A stretch of DNA of 32,000 nt from an uncultured Clostridia bacterium (GTDB taxonomy: Bacteria > Bacillota > Clostridia > Oscillospirales > JAAYOS01): NCBI GenBank assembly GCA_946566645.1, contig CAMNWZ010000005.1, forward strand, positions 1 through 32,000, given 5' to 3'. The translations under genes and the position numbers were made by a program. Under the pieces are notes generated by a model. The model had not been told where the DNA came from, ran no database searches, and was given only the letters and a program-made list of their open reading frames with translations. Numbering within the stretch: position 1 is the first letter of the stretch; every line of letters starts with the position of its first letter. Positions 15,165 through 22,581 of this stretch are shown in pieces.

Positions 15165-16196
15165 TCAGATGAACTTTTTCAGGACGGGTATCTTACGCAG
15201 CAGCCACACGGCGGCGACGCACACGACGAAGATTCCCACCTCGTAGACGAGCATCGCCGGGAACAGTCCGACGACCGAAGCCATCATCGTGTATGCGCGG
15301 CGGGAGAAACGGAGAAGCACGGCGTGCGTGAGATATACGCCGAACGCGGTGCCGCCCACCGCCGTGATAAACTTCGCGAACCGTCCGCCCTCGAACCGCT
15401 CGCGGTCGAAGCGCCGCCGCGCGAGGACGAACAGAGCCGCCGCCGGCAGTCCGGTGGTGAGAAGGCTCGCGCGCTGAAATCCGAGCGTAAGCTCGCCGCT
15501 TATCGACTGCTCGCGCGCGGTCATGAGTACCGCGAAGGCTATCGGAAGGAGGATGCACGCCCACGCGGTCACGCCGCACCATCGACGTCGCAGCGGCTCG
15601 ATGGGATGCCGCGAGAGCGCGTATCCGAGCACCGCGAAGCCCACCCATTCGCCGAACATCGCCGGCGGGTCGAGATACTTGGAGATGGCGGGCAGTCCCG
15701 CGGCGGCAAACATCGGCGTCACGCAGACGAACAGCGCCCAGACCGCGAGGAAGTAGAGCAAATCCTTTCTCGACGCGCTTTGCACGAATCGGCGGATTAT
15801 CGGCAGGGCGAGCAGCAGCGCGATATACATATACAGATACCAGAGCGTTCCGTTTATGCTGCCCGACCATAGTCCCGAAAGGAATCCGCCGACCGTGCGG
15901 CCGCCGTCGAGCAGATAGTGTATCAGCGAGAATACGATAAGTACGACAACTATCCGTAATATGCGGTGTACAAACAACGATTTGTAGCTGTCGTCGCGCT
16001 CGAGAAGCAGCGAGCCGCTAATCATCACGAATATCGGCACAGCCATCTTGCTGACGAAGAACCACGCCATGCTCGCGTACCAGGTGAGGGTGTACGGTTC
16101 GCAGCCGAGGAATATCTCCGAATTCGTGTGGTTGACGATGACGAGGAACGCGGCGACGGCTCGCAGCAGGTCAAGATAGGGGCGGCGCTTACTCAT
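15165..16196 (-). CDS. Acyltransferase family 3 integral membrane protein (O-acyltransferase)
   Basis: The N-terminus RRPYLDLLRAVAAFLVIVNHT is the acyltransferase_3 signature. About 10 TM segments. Its start overlaps the glpQ stop by 8 nt. Confidence 0.8.
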   Translation of the reverse strand: MSKRRPYLDLLRAVAAFLVIVNHTNSEIFLGCEPYTLTWYASMAWFFVSKMAVPIFVMISGSLLLERDDSYKSLFVHRILRIVVVLIVFSLIHYLLDGGRTVGGFLSGLWSGSINGTLWYLYMYIALLLALPIIRRFVQSASRKDLLYFLAVWALFVCVTPMFAAAGLPAISKYLDPPAMFGEWVGFAVLGYALSRHPIEPLRRRWCGVTAWACILLPIAFAVLMTAREQSISGELTLGFQRASLLTTGLPAAALFVLARRRFDRERFEGGRFAKFITAVGGTAFGVYLTHAVLLRFSRRAYTMMASVVGLFPAMLVYEVGIFVVCVAAVWLLRKIPVLKKFI

Positions 16197-16926
16197 TTTC
16201 CACCTTTGCGCGGACCTCCATCGCGAGAGCCGGCTTGTTGGTGATTATCGCGTCACAGCCGAGGCGTATCAGCTTTTCCATGTCGGCGGGGTCGTCCACC
16301 GTCCAGGGGTGAACCTTGACGCCGAGCGAGTGGCTCTCGGTCACATAGTCGGGTATCATCAGGTTCTGCTGCATCGGGTGCAGAGCGTCGGCGCCTATCT
16401 CGCGCGCGTATTTCCACGGATAGGCAAAGCCGCAGGAGTAGAGCAGACCGAGCTTGGCGTGCGGCAGCGCCTCCTTCAGCATCAGCAGCGAGTAGTGGTT
16501 GAACGACGAGTATACCAGTCGGTCAGCCATGCCGTACTCCCGTTCCAGCCGCGCGAGCGACGCTATCATCTCCGGTTCGGGAAGCGCGCCCGCCTTCAGC
16601 TCGACGTTTATCGTGAGCTTTGACGGCGCGATGAGCGCGTAGACCTCGGCAAGCGTCGGTATCCGCTCGCCCGCGAACTCGTTACGCTTGTAGGAGAAGT
16701 CGAAGCGGCGCAGCTCGTCGAGGGTGAAGTCGGTCACAAGCCCGGTGCCGCTCGACGTACGGTCGATGCGCTCGTCGTGCAGCACGACCACCTCGCCGCT
16801 TCCCGAGAGGTGTACGTCCAGCTCGATGCCGTCCGCGCCGCAGTCGATGGCTTTCTTAAACGCGGACAGCGTGTTTTCCGGCGCCTCGGATGAGAAGCCG
16901 CGGTGTGCCCATATCTTGGTGTGCAT
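16189..16926 (-). CDS. glpQ: Glycerophosphodiester phosphodiesterase
   Basis: IWAHRGFSSEAPENTLSAFKKAIDCGADGIELDVHLSGSGEVVVLHDERIDRTS is the GDPD signature. I chose the ATG at 16926, with a GGAGGG SD 8 nt upstream. Confidence 0.85.
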   Translation of the reverse strand: MHTKIWAHRGFSSEAPENTLSAFKKAIDCGADGIELDVHLSGSGEVVVLHDERIDRTSSGTGLVTDFTLDELRRFDFSYKRNEFAGERIPTLAEVYALIAPSKLTINVELKAGALPEPEMIASLARLEREYGMADRLVYSSFNHYSLLMLKEALPHAKLGLLYSCGFAYPWKYAREIGADALHPMQQNLMIPDYVTESHSLGVKVHPWTVDDPADMEKLIRLGCDAIITNKPALAMEVRAKVENE

Positions 16927-16959
16927 TTGTAATCCCTCCAAAATTTTCTCGGTAACGAC

Positions 16960-16988
16960 ATTATACGCCGCCCGATGGGCAAAATCAA
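16960..16988 (-). promoter_or_regulatory. Candidate sigma-A promoter for glpQ-acyltransferase-M23
   Basis: The minus strand reads TTGATT-17 nt-TATAAT. Confidence 0.5.
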
Positions 16989-16999
16989 GGTATAACCGC

Positions 17000-17028
17000 T
17001 TGACAGAAGCGACGATTGGCGGTAATAT
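17000..17028 (+). promoter_or_regulatory. Candidate sigma-A promoter for the FemAB-family gene and alr
   Basis: TTGACA-17 nt-TAATAT on the plus strand. Confidence 0.55.
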
Positions 17029-17081
17029 TATCCTGTACTCATATACTTGAACTTACGAATTAACGAAAGGACGATAACTCC

Positions 17082-18146
17082 ATGTCGGAGAACATGATAG
17101 AAGTTATACGCGAGGAGGACATGCCCGAGTTTGACGCGTTCGTCGCGTCGCACCCCAAGGGACACTTCATGCAGACCTCGCTGTGGGCAAAGCAGAAGCC
17201 GGAGTGGCAGCACATAGCCATGCTCAAGCGGGACGCGAACGACAATCCGGTGGGCGGAATGTCGGTGCTGATACGCAAGGTGCCCAAGCTGCCATATACC
17301 CTCATGTACTGCTGCCGCGGTCCGGTGTGCGACCCTGAGGACGAGGAGACGGTGATGGATCTGCTCTCCGCCTGCAAGTCGCTTGCTCGGACGATGCGCA
17401 GCTATGCGGTAAAGATAGACCCCGACCTGCCCAAGCCGTCGCCGACGTTCGCGGGGTGCCTCGCGGCGCAGGGATTCAAGCTGGTGGACGGCGGCAAGAA
17501 CTTCGAGGGCGCGCAGCCCCGCTTCGTGTTCCGCCTTAACATCGAGGGCAAGACCGAGGAGGAGATAATGGCGGGCTTCGACTCGAAGACCCGCTACAAC
17601 GTGCGTCTCGCGTCGCGCAAGGGCGTCGTCTGCAAAAACGCCGGCGCGGAGGGACTGGACGACTTCCAGGCGCTGATGGAGGAGACCGGACGGCGGGACG
17701 GATTTGTCGTGCGCGGACGTGCCTACTTCGCGTCGATGCTCGAGAATCTGGGCGAGCACGCGCGGCTGTATATGTGCTACCTGCCCGACGGCACGCCGAT
17801 AAGCGGAGCGCTCGCGATATGGTACGGCGACAAGGTGTGGTATCTCTACGGCGCAAGCTCGTCGCAGCACCGCGAGTATATGCCCAACTACCTCATGCAG
17901 TGGGAGATGATACGCTGGGCGGTGGAGAAGCAGTGCCGCGTATACGACTTCCGCGGCGTGAGCGGCGACCTGTCCCCCGAAAACCCGCTGTACGGGCTGT
18001 ACCGCTTCAAGAAGGGCTTCGGCGGCGACTTTGTCGAGTTCATCGGCGAATATGACTATGTGCTCAGCCGCACGCTCCGCAAGATGGTGGACGTGGGCAA
18101 GAAGATGATGATGAAGCGCGCGATGCGCAAGTCGAAAAAGAATTAA
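17082..18146 (+). CDS. FemAB-family peptidoglycan aminoacyltransferase (FemX-like, short form without the coiled-coil insert)
   Basis: FVASHPKGHFMQTSLWAKQK...YCCRGPV...FDSKTRYNVRLASRKGV...WYLYGASS...YLMQWEMIRWA...YDFRGV...GLYRFKKGFGG matches FemAB/FemX family motifs. Confidence 0.8.
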   Translation: MSENMIEVIREEDMPEFDAFVASHPKGHFMQTSLWAKQKPEWQHIAMLKRDANDNPVGGMSVLIRKVPKLPYTLMYCCRGPVCDPEDEETVMDLLSACKSLARTMRSYAVKIDPDLPKPSPTFAGCLAAQGFKLVDGGKNFEGAQPRFVFRLNIEGKTEEEIMAGFDSKTRYNVRLASRKGVVCKNAGAEGLDDFQALMEETGRRDGFVVRGRAYFASMLENLGEHARLYMCYLPDGTPISGALAIWYGDKVWYLYGASSSQHREYMPNYLMQWEMIRWAVEKQCRVYDFRGVSGDLSPENPLYGLYRFKKGFGGDFVEFIGEYDYVLSRTLRKMVDVGKKMMMKRAMRKSKKN

Positions 18147-18174
18147 AAGATTTTCGGGAAGTGGGGATATATAG

Positions 18175-19266
18175 ATGAAGGCGCTTCTTGTTCAGGTGGG
18201 ACGGCTGCGCGCCAACGCAAAGATAGTGCAGAGGCTCGCGGGCGACACGTCGGTATACGCGGTGCTCAAGGGTGGCGCGTACGGCATGGGGCTTGTCGAG
18301 ACGGCGAAGATACTCCGCGAGGAGGGCTTTGTCCGCTTCGCGCTGACCGAGCTTTCCGACGCGATAGCGCTGCGGGCGGCGATGCCCGACGTGGAGATAC
18401 TTATGCTCCGCTCCACCCCCGAGCCGGAGTTCATAAACGGACTCATCGACTACAACCTAGTGGGCACGATAGGCTCGCAGGAGGCGGCGGTCGCGATGAA
18501 CGGCATCGCCAAGGCGCGGGGCACGGTCATCGAGGCGCACATCGAGATAGACACCGGCATGGGACGCTACGGCTTCGAGCCGGACGACATAAAGGGCATG
18601 CTCCAGGTGTACAGGTACATGGACGGACTGGCGCTGACCGGCATATACACCCACTTCTGCGAGAGCTGGAAGTCGGAAAAGCGCACGCGTGCTCAGCTCG
18701 ACGCGCTGAACGAGACGGTGGCGGCGCTGCACCGCGAGAGCATCGACCCGGGACTCGTCCATGCGGCGAACAGCTCGGCGCTCGTGCTCTATCCGTGGTC
18801 GAAGTGCGGCGCGGTGCGGGTCGGCTCGCTGTTCACAGGAAGGGTCGCGGCGAAGAACAAGCTCGGGCTTCAGCGGGTCGGCGCGATGATAAGCGAGGTC
18901 GGCGAGGTGCGTCGGCTGCCCGCTGGCTATACCGTCGGCTACGGCTCGGCTTACAAGGCGAAGAAGGACAGGCAGATAGCGATAATACCGGTGGGCTACG
19001 CCGACGGGTTCTGCGTAGAGAAGGCGCACGACAGCTATCGCATACGCGACGCGCTGCTCTACGCGCTTTCAAGCCTGTGGCGCGGCATTCGCGGCAAGAA
19101 GCTGTACGTTACGATAAACGGCAAGCGGGCGCGGGTGCTCGGGCACGTCGGCATGCTGCACACGGTGGCGGACGTGACCGGAATGAGAGTGTCAGCCGGC
19201 GACAGGGTGCTGATGGAGGTCAACCCGATACTTGTTCCGAGCGAGATAGAGAGGATATACGAATAA
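18175..19266 (+). CDS. alr: Alanine racemase-family PLP enzyme
   Basis: PLP-lysine motif YAVLKGGAYGMG (compare AVVKANAYGHG), the catalytic-Tyr region GYTVGYGSAYKA, and the C-terminal beta-domain motif VGHVGMLHTVADVT. Substrate specificity cannot be read from the sequence. Confidence 0.75.
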   Translation: MKALLVQVGRLRANAKIVQRLAGDTSVYAVLKGGAYGMGLVETAKILREEGFVRFALTELSDAIALRAAMPDVEILMLRSTPEPEFINGLIDYNLVGTIGSQEAAVAMNGIAKARGTVIEAHIEIDTGMGRYGFEPDDIKGMLQVYRYMDGLALTGIYTHFCESWKSEKRTRAQLDALNETVAALHRESIDPGLVHAANSSALVLYPWSKCGAVRVGSLFTGRVAAKNKLGLQRVGAMISEVGEVRRLPAGYTVGYGSAYKAKKDRQIAIIPVGYADGFCVEKAHDSYRIRDALLYALSSLWRGIRGKKLYVTINGKRARVLGHVGMLHTVADVTGMRVSAGDRVLMEVNPILVPSEIERIYE

Positions 19267-19362
19267 ATTTTGTCGATTTTCAAAGTGTGACCAAAGAGTG
19301 ACCGTTACAGGATATAATGTATTTGACCACAGGAACAACCGAATTATTTTTGAGGTGAGAAA

Positions 19363-19521
19363 ATGGCGGCCGGAAAGACAGTCATAGTTAAGATACTCGA
19401 GGAGCAGAACAGCACCTGGCAGGGAACGGTCACCTGGGTGGAGACCGGCAGAACGCTTCCCTTCCGCTCGGTGCTCGAACTCATTCGGCTGATGGACAGC
19501 GCGGTCGAGGAGAAGCAGTAA
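19363..19521 (+). CDS. Small conserved-looking hypothetical protein (52 aa), not in the ORF track
   Basis: An AGGTGA SD lies 5 nt upstream of the ATG. The product is MAAGKTVIVKILEEQNSTWQGTVTWVETGRTLPFRSVLELIRLMDSAVEEKQ. GC3-rich codon usage resembles the neighbouring genes. A strong terminator follows immediately. Confidence 0.6.
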   Translation: MAAGKTVIVKILEEQNSTWQGTVTWVETGRTLPFRSVLELIRLMDSAVEEKQ

Positions 19522-19533
19522 GCACGATAAAAC

Positions 19534-19574
19534 AAGAGCGTCGTCGACGTGGGTCGGCGGCGCTCTTTTTGTTT
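19534..19574. terminator. Bidirectional intrinsic terminator (small ORF / cca)
   Basis: AAGAGCGTCGTCGAC-gtgg-GTCGGCGGCGCTCTT forms a stem of about 15 bp including two G-U pairs. TTTGTTT follows on the plus strand, and GTTTTAT follows on the minus strand. Confidence 0.8.
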
Positions 19575-20898
19575 AATATCGCTTCGCGTGCTCAAGAAGT
19601 GCTTGGCGTTCGTTTTCAACCTCGCCGGACAGCAGGTCGTCGCAGAGCCGCTCGAGCAGTTTTCCGCGCTCGGACGGCGGCACGTCCAGCTCGTCGCCGC
19701 GAATGGCGAGCATCGACGGCGCGTACGGCGCGTTCTCGGCGAGCATCCTCCTCGCGAGCGCGGCTGCCTCGCGGACATTCGACACCCGCTTTCGCGCGCC
19801 CTCTATCTCCATGTTGTGCGCGAGCGCGTCGGCAAGCTCGACCTCGCAGAGCTGCTCGAAACCCTCCTCGCCGAGTTTGCGGAGGTAGCGTCCGACGAGC
19901 GGACGGTCGGGGGATAGCGGGTCGTCGTGCATCAGCACAAGCTCGGCAGTCCGCTCGCGCAGAGCCTTCGACGCGTGGAGAGCGTCCAGCCGCGCGCGGG
20001 CTATCGGCGCGCTCGCCTCGGCGTGACCGTGAAAGCTGCGGTGACCGTTCGGCTTTTCGACCGCGCACTGCGGCTTTGCGATGTCGTGAAAGAGCAGCGC
20101 GAGGCGTACCTGCCCGTCGGGCGGAGCGAGCGCTATCGAGCGGCAGATGTGCGCCCACACGTCGAAGCAGTGCCAGCGGTTGCGGTGCTCGAAGCCGACG
20201 CAGGGGGCTATCTCGGGTATCGCGGCGGCGAGCACGTCGGGGTAGTCGAGCAGTATCCGCTCGGCATCGACGCCGCAGAGCAACTTGTTTAGTTCTACAA
20301 GTATCCGCTCGCCGCTTATCCTTTCGATGAGCGGGGCGAGCTGTCTCGCTGCGTCGGCGGTCGCGTCGTCGAGGGTGAAGCCCCCAAGCGTCGCCGCGAA
20401 CCGCAGCGCGCGCAGTATCCTAAGCGCGTCCTCCGAGAATCGGGCGGAGGGGTCGCCCACGCAGCGAATTATTTTGTTTTCGAGGTCGGAGCGTCCGCCG
20501 AACAGGTCGACCACCTCGCCGTCGATGTCCGCAGCCATCGCGTTTATCGTGAAGTCGCGGCGCATCAGGTCGCCGGATAGCGTCGTGTCGAAGCTGACCG
20601 ACGTCGGGTGGCGCGCGTCGTCATAGCCGCCGTCCGAGCGGAAGGTGGTTATCTCGTACTGCTTTCGGTCGAGCAGAACGGCTATCGTGCCGTGCTTGCG
20701 ACCGATGTCTATCGTCCCCAGATCGGCAAAGACGCGCTCGGTCTGCTCGGGACGCGCGGAGGTGCAGATGTCCCAGTCGTCCGCCGTCCGTCCGAGCAGC
20801 GCGTCGCGGACACATCCGCCGACGGCATAAGCCTCAAAACCGGCGACGCGCAGGCGGTCGATGACCGTCCGCGCGCCGGGGTGGATGTCTATTCTCAT
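19573..20898 (-). CDS. cca: CCA-adding tRNA nucleotidyltransferase
   Basis: AYAVGGCVRDALLGRTADDWDICT...GRKHGTIAV...EITTFRSDGGYDDARHP are class II nucleotidyltransferase motifs. An HD-like C-terminal region is present. Confidence 0.85.
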   Translation of the reverse strand: MRIDIHPGARTVIDRLRVAGFEAYAVGGCVRDALLGRTADDWDICTSARPEQTERVFADLGTIDIGRKHGTIAVLLDRKQYEITTFRSDGGYDDARHPTSVSFDTTLSGDLMRRDFTINAMAADIDGEVVDLFGGRSDLENKIIRCVGDPSARFSEDALRILRALRFAATLGGFTLDDATADAARQLAPLIERISGERILVELNKLLCGVDAERILLDYPDVLAAAIPEIAPCVGFEHRNRWHCFDVWAHICRSIALAPPDGQVRLALLFHDIAKPQCAVEKPNGHRSFHGHAEASAPIARARLDALHASKALRERTAELVLMHDDPLSPDRPLVGRYLRKLGEEGFEQLCEVELADALAHNMEIEGARKRVSNVREAAALARRMLAENAPYAPSMLAIRGDELDVPPSERGKLLERLCDDLLSGEVENERQALLEHAKRY

Positions 20899-20905
20899 TA
20901 TAATA

Positions 20906-22303
20906 TCAGAAGCCGAGGTGCTTTTCGATATACGCCGCGACCTCGCCTATCGGCAGACGCACCTGCTCCATCGAGTCGCGCTCTCGGACGGTGACGCAGC
21001 CGTCGCCCGCCTTCTCGCTGTCCCCGACGGTGTCGAAGTCGACGGTGACGCAGAACGGCGTGCCTATCTCGTCTTCGCGGCGATAGCGCTTGCCGATAGA
21101 GCCGGTCTCGTCGTAGTCGGTCATGAAGTGCTTTGCAAGCTCGTCGCGTATCGGCATAGCCGCGTCGCCCAGCTTCTTGGACAGCGGCAGGACGGCTGCC
21201 TTGAACGGTGCGAGCGCGGGCTTGAGGTGGAGCACCACGCGGGTGTCGTTCTTCTCCGCGTCCACGACCTCCTCGTCATACGCCTCGCAGAGTACGGCGA
21301 GCACCGTGCGGTCGACGCCGTAGGTCGACTCGATGATGAACGGGATGAACCGCTCGTTGGTGTCCGGGTCGAGATAGTCGATGCGCTGTCCGCTGTACTC
21401 CTGATGGCGGGTGAGGTCGAAGTTGGTGCGGTTGTGCGTGCCGTTGACCTCGCCCCAGCCGAACGGAAAGAGGAACTCGATGTCGCACGCCGCGCGGGCA
21501 TAGTGGGCGAGCTTCTCGTGGTCGTGATAGCGCAGATGCTCGGGGTCGATGCCGAGGTCGATGTAGAACTGCCTGCCGTACTCCTTGAAGTAGGCGTACA
21601 GCTCCTCGTCCTGACCCTCCTTGCAGAAGGTCTGGAACTCCGCCTGCTCGAACTCTATCGTGCGGAAGGTGAAGTTGCCGGGGGTAATCTCGTTGCGGAA
21701 CGCCTTGCCTATCTGACCTATCGAGAAGGGGAGCTTGGCGCGCTGGGTGCGCTGCACGTTGAGGAAGTTCACATACTCGCCCTGCGCGTTCTCCGGACGG
21801 AGGTAGACAACGCTCTTAGAGTCGGCGGTAACTCCGCGGTGGGTCTCGAACATGAGGTTGAACTCACGGATGTCGGTGAAGTTGTGCTTGCCGCAGTGCG
21901 GGCAAGGTATCGAGTGCGCCTTGATGTACTCGAACATCTCCTCCTTGGTCATCGCGTCGGCGTGCGCGTTCGGGTCGAACGACTCGATGAGGTTGTCCGC
22001 GCGGATGCGCATTTTGCACTCCTTGCAGTCGAGCAGCGGGTCGCTGAACGACGCGACGTGACCGCTAGCCTCCCACACGCGCGGGTGCATGAGGATGCCG
22101 GCGTCCAGCTCGAAGCTGTTGTGGCGCTCCTGAATAAAGCGCTTGCGCCACGCGTCCTTGACCGCGTTCTTCAGTCGCGAGCCGAGCGGGCCGTAGTCCC
22201 ATGTGTTGGCGAGTCCGCCGTATATCTCGCTGCCGGGGTAGATGAAGCCGCGGTTCTTGCAGAGCGCGACGATCTTATCCATTGTCTTATCGGAAGGATT
22301 CAT
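20906..22303 (-). CDS. glyQS: Glycine--tRNA ligase (alpha2 homodimeric type)
   Basis: MDKIVALCKNRGFIYPGSEIYGGLANTWDYGPLG... is canonical GlyRS. I chose the ATG at 22303, with a GAGAGGA SD, rather than the ORF-track start at 22321. Confidence 0.9.
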   Translation of the reverse strand: MNPSDKTMDKIVALCKNRGFIYPGSEIYGGLANTWDYGPLGSRLKNAVKDAWRKRFIQERHNSFELDAGILMHPRVWEASGHVASFSDPLLDCKECKMRIRADNLIESFDPNAHADAMTKEEMFEYIKAHSIPCPHCGKHNFTDIREFNLMFETHRGVTADSKSVVYLRPENAQGEYVNFLNVQRTQRAKLPFSIGQIGKAFRNEITPGNFTFRTIEFEQAEFQTFCKEGQDEELYAYFKEYGRQFYIDLGIDPEHLRYHDHEKLAHYARAACDIEFLFPFGWGEVNGTHNRTNFDLTRHQEYSGQRIDYLDPDTNERFIPFIIESTYGVDRTVLAVLCEAYDEEVVDAEKNDTRVVLHLKPALAPFKAAVLPLSKKLGDAAMPIRDELAKHFMTDYDETGSIGKRYRREDEIGTPFCVTVDFDTVGDSEKAGDGCVTVRERDSMEQVRLPIGEVAAYIEKHLGF

Positions 22304-22341
22304 TTTTACACGTCCTCTCAAAATTGTCAGTCACGGTGTAT

Positions 22342-22370
22342 ATTATAGCCTTAAAAACCGTTTCGGTCAA
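22342..22370 (-). promoter_or_regulatory. Candidate sigma-A promoter for glyQS-cca
   Basis: The minus strand reads TTGACC-17 nt-TATAAT, with 38 nt between the -10 and the ATG. Confidence 0.6.
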
Positions 22371-22422
22371 GCCGATATGTAACAATATTTCGCCGAAATT
22401 ACGGCGCGCGCGGGCTGAGCTC

Positions 22423-22454
22423 AAAAATTTCCAAAATTTATGAAAAAGTTGAAA
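22423..22454 (+). promoter_or_regulatory. Phased A-tracts (curved DNA or UP-like region) upstream of the S-layer promoter
   Basis: A5, A4, A5 and A3 tracts start at 22423, 22433, 22443 and 22452, giving a period of about 10 bp. This is an AT-rich patch in a GC-rich genome. Confidence 0.5.
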
Positions 22455-22501
22455 TATTCGCGTAATATGTATACAAACTCTTTACAAATGAGCCTAAATC
22501 G

Positions 22502-22530
22502 TTGACTTTATCGCTCGGTTGCGGTATAGT
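22502..22530 (+). promoter_or_regulatory. Candidate sigma-A promoter of the S-layer gene
   Basis: TTGACT-17 nt-TATAGT. The 5' UTR carries a CCCGG-gacga-CCGGG stem, followed by AAAAGGGAGG 11 nt before the ATG. Confidence 0.6.
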
Positions 22531-22581
22531 CTTCTCGTGCCCGGGACGACCGGGAAAAATAAAAGGGAGGAACGATATACA

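Noticed and set aside
19344-19778. A 144-aa minus-strand ORF spans the small-ORF region and the 3' end of cca.
   Set aside because: It crosses the bidirectional terminator and overlaps cca out of frame. It is Arg/Ser/Thr-rich and has no SD. The plus-strand 52-aa ORF with full signals explains the region better.
22304-22520. A T-box leader upstream of glyQS.
   Set aside because: I searched both strands by eye for the conserved T-box sequence and a terminator/antiterminator pair and found none. The promoter lies only 38 nt from the start codon.
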